DNA of 35,578 bases from an uncultured Ignavibacteriales bacterium (GCA_964611355.1 CAZSYD010000024.1:1-35578), one strand, 5' to 3'. Shown: positions 9,116-18,897, numbered from the stretch's first letter. Numbers and translations are program-made. Notes: generated by a model not told the origin, from the sequence alone.

Positions 9116-9802
9116 ATGAGTGATGATCGAGAGTCTATGGATCGGGTTTATCGGGAGCGAAAAAAACTGGCCGACAGGTACTCGCTCGATAACGCCGGTA
9201 ATCGCTTCAACTTCGAACAGCTCCGCGGACGGATTAAAAATCATCTAAAATCTCTTTATGGCGATATTTCAACGGTAAAGATGCTTGACCTTGGATCGGG
9301 GGAACTGTTCTGGATACGGGAGTTTATCGAACTGGGGATTAAGCGTCAGAACTGCATCGGATCGGATATTTTGCTCTGGCGTTTGAAGAAGGGACGCGAG
9401 TCCGGACAGGGCGTCGAGTCGGTCGCCGCCTCGGCTGCGCAGCTTCCTTTCCCGTCTGAAAGCTTTGACCTGGTTACGCAAATGACAATGATGACCTCTG
9501 TCCTTGATACCGGCGTCCGAAAGGAGATCGCCCTGGAAATGAAGAGGGTTCTCAAACCGGGCGGATATATCCTGTGGTATGATTTCAGGTTCAATAACCC
9601 CGGCAACCCATACACTCGCGCCATCGGCCGAAGAGAGATCGAACGTCTTTTTTATGGATGGGAACTAACCTGTGAAAAAGTAACCCTACTTCCGCAACTG
9701 GCCAGAAAACTCGGAGTGGTTTTGCCCGGACTGTTGAACTTTTTCTCCCTTTTTCCTATCTTGCGAACTCATTATATGGCCTTGATCGGACCGAAAGGAT
9801 AG
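9116..9802 (+). CDS. Class I SAM-dependent methyltransferase
   Basis: Motif I MLDLGSG, LPFPSESFDLV and EMKRVLKPGG. Confidence 0.88.
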   Translation: MSDDRESMDRVYRERKKLADRYSLDNAGNRFNFEQLRGRIKNHLKSLYGDISTVKMLDLGSGELFWIREFIELGIKRQNCIGSDILLWRLKKGRESGQGVESVAASAAQLPFPSESFDLVTQMTMMTSVLDTGVRKEIALEMKRVLKPGGYILWYDFRFNNPGNPYTRAIGRREIERLFYGWELTCEKVTLLPQLARKLGVVLPGLLNFFSLFPILRTHYMALIGPKG

Positions 9803-9803
9803 G

Positions 9804-10964
9804 ATGAAGATAACCGGCGTTCCGTTTTATCGGCAGTCATTCGGGCGGCGGGAACTGGCCGAAGTGGCTGATACTATCAGAAGCGGCTGGATCACCACCG
9901 GCAAGAAAGCCCAACTTCTCGAAAGACATATCGCCGATTATTTGGGCGCCCGTCACGCCGTAGCGGTCAATTCCTGCACTGCGGCCATGCATCTTCTTCT
10001 TCGCGCGGCCGGCATCGGCCCGGGCGATGAAGTGGTTACGACGCCTTATACCTTTGCCTCCACGACCGAGGCGATTCTCTATACCGGAGCCAGGCCTGCT
10101 TATTGCGATATCAACTACGACAGCCTGAATATGGAAGCCGAAGAGGCTGAAAAAAAAATCACATCCCGCACGAAAGCGGTCCTGCCGGTTCATATCGCCG
10201 GATTGCCGGTACGCATGGACAAGTTTGCCGCTCTGGCCAAAAGCAGAAAGATCAAGCTGTTTGACGATGCCGCCCATGCACTTGGGGCCGAATTCAAAGG
10301 CAAAAAAATCGGAACAATCGGCGACGGCAGCGCCTTCAGCTTCTATGCCGTCAAAAACCTGACCACTGGAGAGGGTGGTATGGTAACCACCCGCCACGCC
10401 GGTCTGGCCGCAAAGATAAGGCTTCTTTCGCTTCACGGCATGAGCCGGGGAGCCTGGAAACGGTACGGCAAAGGAGGGAGTTGGCGTTACGATCTGCTTG
10501 ACCTTGGATATAAATATAATCTTTCCGATCTTCACGCTTCGTTGGGACTCGCCCAGTTTTCCAAATTTGAAAAACTGCAATCGAAGCGCAAAAAAGCAGC
10601 CGAACGGTATTTCAAATATCTTTCACACCTTGATTGTATCAGGCTCCCAATGGTTGAAGGCGATTCCATTCACGCCTGGCATCTTTTTATCATCAGGCTT
10701 TACTTAAATCGACTGAGAATCGGCCGTGATCGGTTTATCGCCGAACTGGCTGAACGCAACATCGGCACATCGGTCCATTTTATTCCGTTGTTTTTGCAAT
10801 CGTATTATCGCAAGAATCTTAGTCTTGACCGAAAGGATTTCCCCAACGCTTACCGCGCCTACCGGGAAGTAATTACCCTGCCGTTTTTCCCTGACCTGAA
10901 AAAAGCGGAGATAGAATACGTCTGTCGGTCGGTGGAGGAAATCTGCCGGAAGCACAGGCGATGA
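9804..10964 (+). CDS. DegT/DnrJ family sugar aminotransferase (ArnB/PseC/PglE-like)
   Basis: SGWITTG, VNSCTAAMH, DDAAHALG, SFYAVKNLTTGEGG and GYKYNLSD. Confidence 0.93.
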   Translation: MKITGVPFYRQSFGRRELAEVADTIRSGWITTGKKAQLLERHIADYLGARHAVAVNSCTAAMHLLLRAAGIGPGDEVVTTPYTFASTTEAILYTGARPAYCDINYDSLNMEAEEAEKKITSRTKAVLPVHIAGLPVRMDKFAALAKSRKIKLFDDAAHALGAEFKGKKIGTIGDGSAFSFYAVKNLTTGEGGMVTTRHAGLAAKIRLLSLHGMSRGAWKRYGKGGSWRYDLLDLGYKYNLSDLHASLGLAQFSKFEKLQSKRKKAAERYFKYLSHLDCIRLPMVEGDSIHAWHLFIIRLYLNRLRIGRDRFIAELAERNIGTSVHFIPLFLQSYYRKNLSLDRKDFPNAYRAYREVITLPFFPDLKKAEIEYVCRSVEEICRKHRR

Positions 10965-11554
10965 AACGAGCGTTCGAATTTATCGTCGCTCTGTCAGCCC
11001 TGACTCTGCTGGCGCCGTTGTTTATCATTATTTGCGTTATTATCCTGTTCACCATGGGCCGGCCGATTTTTTACCGGCAGATAAGAATCGGCAAAGGAGC
11101 CGTGCCTTTCAAAATTATTAAATTCCGCAGTATGGTCAGGGCCGCCGACCGTCAGGGACCGGCGCTCACGACCGACGGCGACCTGCGTATAACCACGGTT
11201 GGCCGGTTGTTGCGCCGGACTAAACTCGATGAACTTCCGCAGCTCTTAAACGTCTTATGGGGAGATATGTCGCTGGTCGGGCCCCGACCGGAAGTGCCCG
11301 AATATGTCAGGCTGTACAGCGAACGGCAACTGAAGGTTCTCTCGGTTCGGCCGGGCCTGACTGATCCGGCCTCGATCGTCTATCGGGATGAGGAAAAGGT
11401 TCTGGCTCGATACGACGACGCCGAAAAGATATATACCGAAAAGATCATGCCGGCCAAATTGAAGCTGAACCTGTCTTATATCGAGAAAGCAACGTTTTTG
11501 ACCGATCTGGGTATCATTATTAAGACCTTGCAAAAACTGTTTCAACGTCGGTAA
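10961..11554 (+). CDS. Monotopic phosphoglycosyl transferase (Bac_transf, PglC/WbaP C-terminal-like initiating sugar transferase)
   Basis: KFRSM, DLRITTVGRLLRRTKLDELPQL.NV..GDMSLVGPRPE and RPGLT. Confidence 0.93.
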   Translation: MKRAFEFIVALSALTLLAPLFIIICVIILFTMGRPIFYRQIRIGKGAVPFKIIKFRSMVRAADRQGPALTTDGDLRITTVGRLLRRTKLDELPQLLNVLWGDMSLVGPRPEVPEYVRLYSERQLKVLSVRPGLTDPASIVYRDEEKVLARYDDAEKIYTEKIMPAKLKLNLSYIEKATFLTDLGIIIKTLQKLFQRR

Positions 11555-11558
11555 GGAC

Positions 11559-11587
11559 TTGCCGCCTGTCGGCGATTTCGTTATACT
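11559..11587 (+). promoter_or_regulatory. Internal sigma70-type promoter upstream of the TM-CBS-SDR gene
   Basis: TTGCCG (11559-11564), 17 nt spacer, TATACT (11582-11587). Confidence 0.55.
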
Positions 11588-11609
11588 ATTTAACCTTTCG
11601 GGTAACAAT

Positions 11610-13412
11610 ATGCTCAGAAAACGATACCCATATGTTCAGGCTGCTGTCGATTTCGTCGCCTTTAATGCCGTCGCGTGGGGCATGATAATTATCAATCCGG
11701 CCGTCAGCGGGCTTTACGGTAAGGGCGTCATATCCGATCTCCTGCCGGTTCTTATCTCGCTGGTTATGGTGGCGCTTCTTGCGATTTTCCGCCAGTACCG
11801 GTTCGGGATGAGAGACCGTTTTCTCAGGCAATTTCTGGGCGCGTTCAACGTGGTCACCCTCGGATTTCTACTGGTTGCATTTATCAGTTTTGATCTGGGC
11901 GCCATGGTCGACTTTGAGCGGGGGCTTCTTTTGCTTCTATTGCTGGGGCTTTTACTGGCAACGGCCGTTTCTCGTATTATTACTTACCTGTGGATGGGCC
12001 GTCGGCCCGACTTTTCTTTTAAGGAACCGGTTGTCCTTAAAAGCGGCAACGGCAACAGCGGGAAAGAGGCAGGCCCGCTTATTTTGCCGTCGGGCCTGTC
12101 GATCGATGAGGTTAAGCGGAAAATCGAAGCCTCTCCGTTTGATTTCGCCGTCCTGACAGACGGCAGCGGGTACTATGCCGGAACGATAACCGATGGCGAT
12201 ATTATCGGGTACCGTTTGAAATATCCCGACCGGAATATACCGGTGCATCAGGCGATGGATCGAAAGCATCCCGTGGCGAGCGTGTCGCTTTCCGCCGGTC
12301 GCGTGCGTCAGATGATGATCGACCGTAATCTGCGTTTTTTGCCCCTGCTCTCCAACGAAGGCAAACCGGCGCGAGTGGTACTTCTTTCCGATTTGGACTC
12401 CAGGTATCACAGCAATCATGGCGGAAAACGCGACCGCCGGGTATTGATTATCGGCGGGGCGGGGTATGTCGGCTCGGTGATGGTTCGTTATCTTCTGAAA
12501 CGGTCATATCAGGTCTCTGTTCTGGATAACCTGATGTTCGGCTACGATTCCCTTAAAGAGCTTGATAATCACCCCGCTTACCGGTTCTACAAGGGCGACG
12601 CCAGAAACATACAAGACCTTCTGACAGCCATGAGTGATATCGATACGGTTGTTCACCTGGCGGCCATCGTCGGCGACCCGGCCTGCGAACTGGATCATCA
12701 CGCTACTATCGAAATCAATTACGAGGCGTCCAAAATACTCGTCGACGCCTGTATGCACAAGAAAGTCAGTCGGCTGTTGTTTGCCTCCAGTTGTTCCGTT
12801 TATGGAGCCGGTAAAAACGGGGAGCTGTTGACCGAGCAGTCGCGGCTTAATCCGGTGTCACTCTATGCCGAAACCAGGCTCCGTTCCGAAGAAGCGATTC
12901 TCAACCGGGCCGAACCGCCTCTGGCGGTGACCATGCTCCGATTGGCGACCGTCTTCGGCTTTTCGTATCGGCCCCGGTTTGATCTGGTCGTTAATATCCT
13001 GACGGCGCGGGCTCTGGAAGACAGCGAAATTTCGATCTTCGGTGGCTCGCAATGGCGTCCCAATGTTCACGTTCTCGACGTTGTTCGGGCTTTCGTGGCG
13101 ACTATGGAAGCACCTAAAGAGAAAATCGATCGTCAGATTTTTAACGTCGGTTCTGAAAAAGAGAATTACCGGATTACACAATTGGGCGAAATGGTCAAAG
13201 CCGCCCTGCCGGAGACCAGGGTGAAAGCTATTGAAGCCGAATTCGATAAGCGGGATTATCGGGTCGCGTTTGGAAAAATCGAATCAGCCCTTGACTGGCG
13301 GGCAAAATTCGGAGTGCCCGACGGCATCCGGGAGATCATCGAAGCACACCGCCGGAAAAAGTACGGCCATTACGCCGACAAAATATATTCAAATTATAAA
13401 CATATGCAGTAG
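11610..13412 (+). CDS. Fusion of a ~4-TM membrane anchor, a CBS domain pair and an NAD-dependent nucleotide-sugar epimerase/dehydratase (extended SDR)
   Basis: Four hydrophobic segments; CBS-like GTITDGDI and AMDRK..LRFLPLL..EGK; then GGAGYVG, HLAAIVGDPAC, FASSCSVYG, YAETR and RLATVFG.S.RPRFDLVVN. Confidence 0.85.
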   Translation: MLRKRYPYVQAAVDFVAFNAVAWGMIIINPAVSGLYGKGVISDLLPVLISLVMVALLAIFRQYRFGMRDRFLRQFLGAFNVVTLGFLLVAFISFDLGAMVDFERGLLLLLLLGLLLATAVSRIITYLWMGRRPDFSFKEPVVLKSGNGNSGKEAGPLILPSGLSIDEVKRKIEASPFDFAVLTDGSGYYAGTITDGDIIGYRLKYPDRNIPVHQAMDRKHPVASVSLSAGRVRQMMIDRNLRFLPLLSNEGKPARVVLLSDLDSRYHSNHGGKRDRRVLIIGGAGYVGSVMVRYLLKRSYQVSVLDNLMFGYDSLKELDNHPAYRFYKGDARNIQDLLTAMSDIDTVVHLAAIVGDPACELDHHATIEINYEASKILVDACMHKKVSRLLFASSCSVYGAGKNGELLTEQSRLNPVSLYAETRLRSEEAILNRAEPPLAVTMLRLATVFGFSYRPRFDLVVNILTARALEDSEISIFGGSQWRPNVHVLDVVRAFVATMEAPKEKIDRQIFNVGSEKENYRITQLGEMVKAALPETRVKAIEAEFDKRDYRVAFGKIESALDWRAKFGVPDGIREIIEAHRRKKYGHYADKIYSNYKHMQ

Positions 13413-13620
13413 GCAGGCTGACTTTTGCCTTCCGGCGTTATTCTGCAAAAGTATATGTATAAATATTTCTTCCGGATAGAATTGCGTTCAGATAAAACAA
13501 TTGCGCTACACGAAAAGACGCCCACCACCCTGGCACACACTTTTTTTGCGTTGCTCTCCAGTCGGGAAATGATAACTTGGGAAAGTTACAAGCCGGTTAA
13601 AACCGACAGGAGGGTATTTG

Positions 13621-14661
13621 GTGGAGCAGGATAACTGCCCGTTTATAAGCATTATCATGCCGATTCGCAACGAAGCCGGATTTATCGAACGCACCATCGG
13701 CAGCATTCTGGAAAACGATTATCCCAAAGATAAAATGGAAATTCTGGTTGCCGACGGTTGCAGCGACGACGGCACGCAGGAAATCGTCAACCGAATAGCC
13801 GAAAAAGATACACGCGTTGAGTTATTGGTTAATACAGGGGAAATCGTCTCTACGGGCCTGAATATGGCTCTTAAGGTTTTTCGCGGAGATATTTTTATTG
13901 TGATTGGCGGCCACTGCGAAATATCGCCGGATTTTATAAAAAAATCGGTTGCCTGCCTGGCCAAACACCCGGAGGCGTGGATCGTCGGCGGGTACCTGAA
14001 AACAATTTCAGCAGGATATATAGGCCGCATCATCGCCGCTGCGACTCAGTCTCCGGTCGGCGTCGGCAACGCCCGCCATCGGTTGGGCGGGTACGACGGA
14101 TGGGTAGATACCGTGCCGTACGGAGCGCACCACCGGTGGGTGCTCGATAAGGTCGGTTATTTCGACGAGGAACTGGTGCGCAACCAGGATGACGAATTCA
14201 ACATGAGGATAATTCTTGCGGGAGGCAAAATCCGGATATGCGGCGATATTTGCAGCGTTTATTATTCAAGAAGCTCGCTGCGAAAGCTCTGGCGTCAGTA
14301 TTTCCAGTACGGTTTCTGGCGTATCAGGACTTTACAGAAGCATGGGCGTCCGGCGGTATTCCGGCAGGTTATCCCTATTCTTTTCGTATTGCTTTTAATC
14401 ATTCTGGCGCTGGCAGGACTGGTATCGCCGATTTTCTGGAAAATACTGGCGGCTGTCCTGATTGTTTATGCCATAGGGTTGATTTACGGCAGTATCGACG
14501 TGGGGCGTCAGGCGGGTTGGAAACACGCTTTTCCAGCACCCCTTATCTTTACACTATTGCATTTCGGATACGGAGTCGGGGCGCTTTGGGGATTAATCAG
14601 GTTTGTGATTTTAAGGGGAGCGGGGCTGAAAAAACCTGAACGGATGAAGCTTTCACGATAG
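13621..14661 (+). CDS. GT2 family glycosyltransferase (succinoglycan ExoA-like)
   Basis: SIIMPIRNE, DGCSDDGT, GYFDEELVRNQDDEFNMR, LWRQYFQYGFWR and C-terminal TM helices. AGGAGG lies 7 nt before the GTG at 13621. Confidence 0.9.
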   Translation: MEQDNCPFISIIMPIRNEAGFIERTIGSILENDYPKDKMEILVADGCSDDGTQEIVNRIAEKDTRVELLVNTGEIVSTGLNMALKVFRGDIFIVIGGHCEISPDFIKKSVACLAKHPEAWIVGGYLKTISAGYIGRIIAAATQSPVGVGNARHRLGGYDGWVDTVPYGAHHRWVLDKVGYFDEELVRNQDDEFNMRIILAGGKIRICGDICSVYYSRSSLRKLWRQYFQYGFWRIRTLQKHGRPAVFRQVIPILFVLLLIILALAGLVSPIFWKILAAVLIVYAIGLIYGSIDVGRQAGWKHAFPAPLIFTLLHFGYGVGALWGLIRFVILRGAGLKKPERMKLSR

Positions 14662-14725
14662 AGAATACGATAAATATATAGAGACTTCATCCGATCAGTC
14701 CGAACAGTCATTGACATTATCATGG

Positions 14726-14754
14726 TTGACCCCGGCTGCTGATTTGGCTACATT
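14726..14754 (+). promoter_or_regulatory. sigma70-type promoter of serS
   Basis: TTGACC (14726-14731), 17 nt spacer, TACATT (14749-14754). Confidence 0.6.
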
Positions 14755-14792
14755 TAAGCTTCGGGAACTACTAAACTAAACGGAATTTAATT

Positions 14793-16061
14793 ATGCTTGA
14801 TATTAAATTCATACGAGAAAATCCTGACCTGGTTAAAAAAGCCTGCGTCGACAAAAATGAAAAAGCCGATGTCGGTAAGATTCTGGAAATTGACGCCGAC
14901 CGGCGAAAGCTGACAACCGAAACCGAGGCGCTTCGCGCGAGGCAAAACCGGGCTTCTCAAAAAATCGCCGAAATAAAGAAAACCGGCGGCGGCGCCTCGG
15001 CGGCAATTGCCGAGATGAAGGAGGTTTCGCAAAAAATCGGCGAAATGTCGGCCCGCCTTCGTGAGGTCGAAGCTGTTTTGCAAAAAGCCCTTTTGCGGGT
15101 CCCCAATATACCACACAAATCGGTGCCGGTCGGGCCGGATGAAGAGCATAATGTTACTATAAAGGAATGGGGTGAACGTCCGTCTTTTGATTTCAGGCCG
15201 GCTCCACACTGGGAACTGGGAGAAAAACTCGGTATTCTCGATCTTCCCCGGGGCGCCAAAATTGCCGGTTCCGGCTTTTATGTTCTCCGGGGCGACGGGG
15301 CGAAACTGGAGCGGGCGCTGATATCCTGGATGCTTGATTACCATGTCGAAAAGCACGGTTTTATCGAGGTCGCTCCGCCGTTTTTAGCCCGCGCCGACGT
15401 CATGACCGGCACCGGGCAACTGCCGAAACTGGCCGATGATATGTACCGGGTAGCCGATGATGAACTTTATCTGATTCCGACCGCCGAGGTTCCGGTCACC
15501 AACCTGCACCGGGGTGAAATCCTGAACGAATCCGACCTGCCGATAAAATACGTTGCTTATACGCCCTGTTTCCGCCGCGAAGCCGGCGCAGCCGGTAAAG
15601 ACACTCGCGGCATTATGCGGGTGCATCAGTTCAATAAAGTCGAAATGGTCAAAATCGTCGCCCCGGAAACCTCGTACGATGAACTGGAATCTTTGTTGAC
15701 TCAGGCCGAGGAGTTACTGCAGCTTCTTGGTATTCCTTACCGGGTGCGCATCCTGGCGACCGGCGATCTGTCGTTTGCGGCGGCCAAATGTTATGATATA
15801 GAAATATGGGCGGCTGGCGTCGAGAAGCATCTGGAGGTTTCCTCGGTATCAAACTTTACCGATTTTCAGGCGCGCCGGATGAACTGCCGGTATCGCGGGT
15901 CGGATAAGAAACTGCATTTCCCGCATACCCTGAACGGGTCGGGGCTGGCGTTGCCGCGTCTGGTGGCGGCTTTGATGGAAAACTACCAGACCAAAAACGG
16001 TGAAATCATAATACCGGAAGTGTTGCGGCCGTATATGGACGGTCGGGAAAGGATACGCTGA
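14793..16061 (+). CDS. serS: Serine--tRNA ligase
   Basis: MLDIKFIRENPD, an N-terminal coiled coil, GTGQLPK, YLIPTAEVP, FRREAGAAGKDTRGIMRVHQF and HTLNGSGLA..R. Confidence 0.98.
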   Translation: MLDIKFIRENPDLVKKACVDKNEKADVGKILEIDADRRKLTTETEALRARQNRASQKIAEIKKTGGGASAAIAEMKEVSQKIGEMSARLREVEAVLQKALLRVPNIPHKSVPVGPDEEHNVTIKEWGERPSFDFRPAPHWELGEKLGILDLPRGAKIAGSGFYVLRGDGAKLERALISWMLDYHVEKHGFIEVAPPFLARADVMTGTGQLPKLADDMYRVADDELYLIPTAEVPVTNLHRGEILNESDLPIKYVAYTPCFRREAGAAGKDTRGIMRVHQFNKVEMVKIVAPETSYDELESLLTQAEELLQLLGIPYRVRILATGDLSFAAAKCYDIEIWAAGVEKHLEVSSVSNFTDFQARRMNCRYRGSDKKLHFPHTLNGSGLALPRLVAALMENYQTKNGEIIIPEVLRPYMDGRERIR

Positions 16062-16067
16062 AAGGTC

Positions 16068-17294
16068 GTGAGCCGAGCCGCCAACAAAAACCCGTTGTCG
16101 CTTCCGGGTCGGTTTAATACCCTTTTTAAGGGCTTCATTCTTTTGGGCGTCTGCGTCATCGGGGCGGTATTTGTCTATTATACCAACGACGTCATTAACG
16201 ACATCCAGGAGAACGAAGCCGAAATTGCCCGAACCTATACCAAAATCTGGCAGTTGGTGGCCTCCGACAGCGTCAGCGGTCCCGTGACGTCAGTTCTTTT
16301 TGACGAGATTATTCTCAAGTCGAACTTCCCTATCGTCGTGACAGATTCGGCCGGACATCCTCTTTTTTGGAAAGAACTGCCCGGTATCCCGCCTGCAAGC
16401 GATGACCCGAAGATACTGGAGCGGGTGGCAAAACATATGTCCGAGATGAAAGCCGATCAGGGTGAAATACCGATATATATCGATTCGGTGGTTATTTATA
16501 AGCTGTATTATGGAGATACCGCTCTGGTTAACAAGCTGAGGATGATCCCGGTAGTCGAAATGGCGCTGGTGGTCGGCTTTATTGTCCTGTCGCTGGTTGG
16601 TTTTCAGTTTATTCGCCGCTCGGAACAACGGAGTATCTGGGTCGGCATGGCCAAGGAGACGGCCCATCAACTGGGAACGCCGATCTCCTCGCTCCTGGGA
16701 TGGCTAAATCTTTTGAAAACCGGCGAATATACCGGAACTTTCACGCCGGAAGAAGTCTATCGCCGCATCGGGAAGGATTTAATGCGTCTGGAGACGGTCG
16801 CCAACCGGTTCGGCAGGATCGGGTCGGTGCCCAAACTGGAAAAGATGGACGTTAATCGCCTGACCGGCGAAGTCGTCGAGTATTTCCAGGAGCGGTTGCC
16901 GCATCAGGGGGAGGGTGTCCGGATTCATTTTGTCCCGGGCGATATTTCCGAGGCGAATATCAACAGTGATCTGTACAATTGGGTGGTGGAAAATATTCTT
17001 AAAAACAGCCTCGAAGCCGCTGATTCCAAAACGGGTGTGATTACCGTCAAAACATATCCGGCCGCATCGGGAAAGACAATCGCCGTGGAGATTTCCGATG
17101 ATGGGCGCGGCATCGCCCGACGGGATGCTCGTCGAATTTTCAAACCGGGGTACACGACCAAAAGGCGCGGCTGGGGGTTGGGATTGTCGCTGGCGCGCCG
17201 CATTATTCACGATTACCATAAAGGCAGCCTTGTCTTGGCGGCAAGTGAGCCGGGTCGGGGAGCGACGTTTGTTATTTACCTGCCGGCGGCGTAA
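16068..17294 (+). CDS. Membrane-bound sensor histidine kinase
   Basis: Two TMs flank a periplasmic domain. H-box WVGMAKETAHQLGTPISSL, N-box ENILKNS, DDGRGI, FKPGYTTK and GWGLGLSL. Confidence 0.93.
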   Translation: MSRAANKNPLSLPGRFNTLFKGFILLGVCVIGAVFVYYTNDVINDIQENEAEIARTYTKIWQLVASDSVSGPVTSVLFDEIILKSNFPIVVTDSAGHPLFWKELPGIPPASDDPKILERVAKHMSEMKADQGEIPIYIDSVVIYKLYYGDTALVNKLRMIPVVEMALVVGFIVLSLVGFQFIRRSEQRSIWVGMAKETAHQLGTPISSLLGWLNLLKTGEYTGTFTPEEVYRRIGKDLMRLETVANRFGRIGSVPKLEKMDVNRLTGEVVEYFQERLPHQGEGVRIHFVPGDISEANINSDLYNWVVENILKNSLEAADSKTGVITVKTYPAASGKTIAVEISDDGRGIARRDARRIFKPGYTTKRRGWGLGLSLARRIIHDYHKGSLVLAASEPGRGATFVIYLPAA

Positions 17295-17303
17295 TGGTAG
17301 TAT
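17275..17303 (+). promoter_or_regulatory. Possible internal extended -10 promoter upstream of the PorX-like gene
   Basis: TTTACC (17275-17280), 17 nt spacer, TAGTAT (17298-17303) preceded by TG-N. Confidence 0.4.
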
Positions 17304-17328
17304 AACATTTTAGGGGAACGCAGTTATT

Positions 17329-18897
17329 ATGGTCACACAAACAGGTAGAATACTCTGGGTTGACGATGAAGTCGAAATGCTGGGGGCGCATATCGTTTTC
17401 TTGGAAGGGAAAGGGTTTTCGGTCACGCCATGCTCCTCCGGCGACGACGCGGTTGAACTGGTCGGCAAAGAAGATTTTGACCTGGTTCTTCTTGACGAAA
17501 TGATGCCGGGCAAGAACGGGCTGGCCACCCTGGTGGAGATAAAAGATATAAAACCGCACCTGCCGGTGGTGATGGTCACCAAGTCGGAAGAAGAAACTCT
17601 AATGGAAGACGCCATCGGCCAGAAAATCGACGATTACCTCACCAAGCCGGTCAATCCCTCCCAGGTGCTTATTGCCATCAAAAAGCTTATCCAGAGCAAA
17701 AAAATCGTCACCGGAAAGCTGGGACAGCGTTATATCGGCGATATTAACCGGATCAATACAACTCTGGCCGGTCCGGCCGACTGGACCGACTGGATCCGCG
17801 CCTACCAAACGCACTGCGAGTGGAGCCTTGAGCTGGATACATATCCCGATGAAGGGCTGATCGAGATTCATAAAGGAACGCTAACGGAATGGAACAATCA
17901 ATTTACCCGCTATTACGAGAGCAATTATGAAAATTGGGTCAACTCAGGTCCGGAGGACAGACCGCCGCTTTCGGTTGATATCGTTGATCGGCTGGTCATA
18001 CCGGGTCTGAAAAACGGCGAACGGGTCGTTCTTATTATTATTGACTGCATGCGCATGGATCTCTGGCTGAGCCTTGAACCGCTTCTGGCCGAAATGTATC
18101 ATATCGAACACGAGGACTATTTTTCGATCATTCCTTCGGCTACGCCGTTTTCCCGCAACGCCATTTTCTCCGGAATGTATCCGAAAGATGTCGCCGCGCG
18201 ATACCCTGAAGAATGGAAAGCTTATCCGGATGATGAAGTCTCCCGCAATCGTCAAGAAAGACAACTTCTTGAATACCAGTTGGCCCGGAAGAACATCAGC
18301 GTCGAAAATGGCGTCAAATATATAAAAGTACTCAAGGAGAGGGAGGGGAAAGACCTCGCACGACGGACGGAAAATTATCTCTCCTCGCAGATGGTGGCGG
18401 TAGTGATAAACTTCGTTGATGTGCTGACGCACGGCCGGTCAAGCAACGTTCTCCTCAAAGAGATGGTTCCCGACGAGGCCGCTTTCCGGTCGCTGATGCA
18501 AACCTGGTTCGAACATTCGTCGCTGTATGAAACGCTGAAAATGCTGGCGCGGAAAAATGTGACAGTTATTATTACTTCCGATCATGGTTCGACCCTGTGC
18601 AGCCGGGCGACGATCGCTCACGGCAAAAAGGATACCTCGACCAACCTTCGTTACAAATATGGCGACAACCTGAACTGCAATCCCAAAGAAGCCCTCCTGA
18701 TTAAAAACCCCGATATCTACAGGCTACCTTCATTTACCGTGGCGACGACTTATCTTATCGCCCGGGAGGATTTCTTCTTCGTCTATCCCAATCGTTATCA
18801 TGAATACCAGCGTAATTTCATGAACAGTTTTCAGCACGGCGGCATTTCGATGGACGAGATCATATTACCGGCGGCGGTTCTGAAACCGAAAGGATAG
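17329..18897 (+). CDS. PorX-like response regulator (receiver domain + PglZ/alkaline-phosphatase-superfamily phosphodiesterase domain)
   Basis: REC: ILWVDDE, LLDEMMPG, MVTKSEEE, YLTKPVNP. PglZ: IIDCMRMDLW, PSATPFSRNAIFSG, FVDVLTH, TSDHG, FQHGGIS. Directly followed by tsaE, as for porX in Bacteroidota. Confidence 0.9.
   Translation: MVTQTGRILWVDDEVEMLGAHIVFLEGKGFSVTPCSSGDDAVELVGKEDFDLVLLDEMMPGKNGLATLVEIKDIKPHLPVVMVTKSEEETLMEDAIGQKIDDYLTKPVNPSQVLIAIKKLIQSKKIVTGKLGQRYIGDINRINTTLAGPADWTDWIRAYQTHCEWSLELDTYPDEGLIEIHKGTLTEWNNQFTRYYESNYENWVNSGPEDRPPLSVDIVDRLVIPGLKNGERVVLIIIDCMRMDLWLSLEPLLAEMYHIEHEDYFSIIPSATPFSRNAIFSGMYPKDVAARYPEEWKAYPDDEVSRNRQERQLLEYQLARKNISVENGVKYIKVLKEREGKDLARRTENYLSSQMVAVVINFVDVLTHGRSSNVLLKEMVPDEAAFRSLMQTWFEHSSLYETLKMLARKNVTVIITSDHGSTLCSRATIAHGKKDTSTNLRYKYGDNLNCNPKEALLIKNPDIYRLPSFTVATTYLIAREDFFFVYPNRYHEYQRNFMNSFQHGGISMDEIILPAAVLKPKG

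Noticed and set aside
9837..10580. 247-aa antisense ORF
   Set aside because: Shadow of the well-supported DegT gene.
13531..13550. TGGCACAC...TTGCG as a sigma54 promoter for the GT2 gene
   Set aside because: The GG to GC spacing is 14 nt rather than the required 10.
14793..16061. Functional link between serS and tRNA-Ser in the same window
   Set aside because: They are ~19 kb apart in separate transcription units, so this is probably coincidence.
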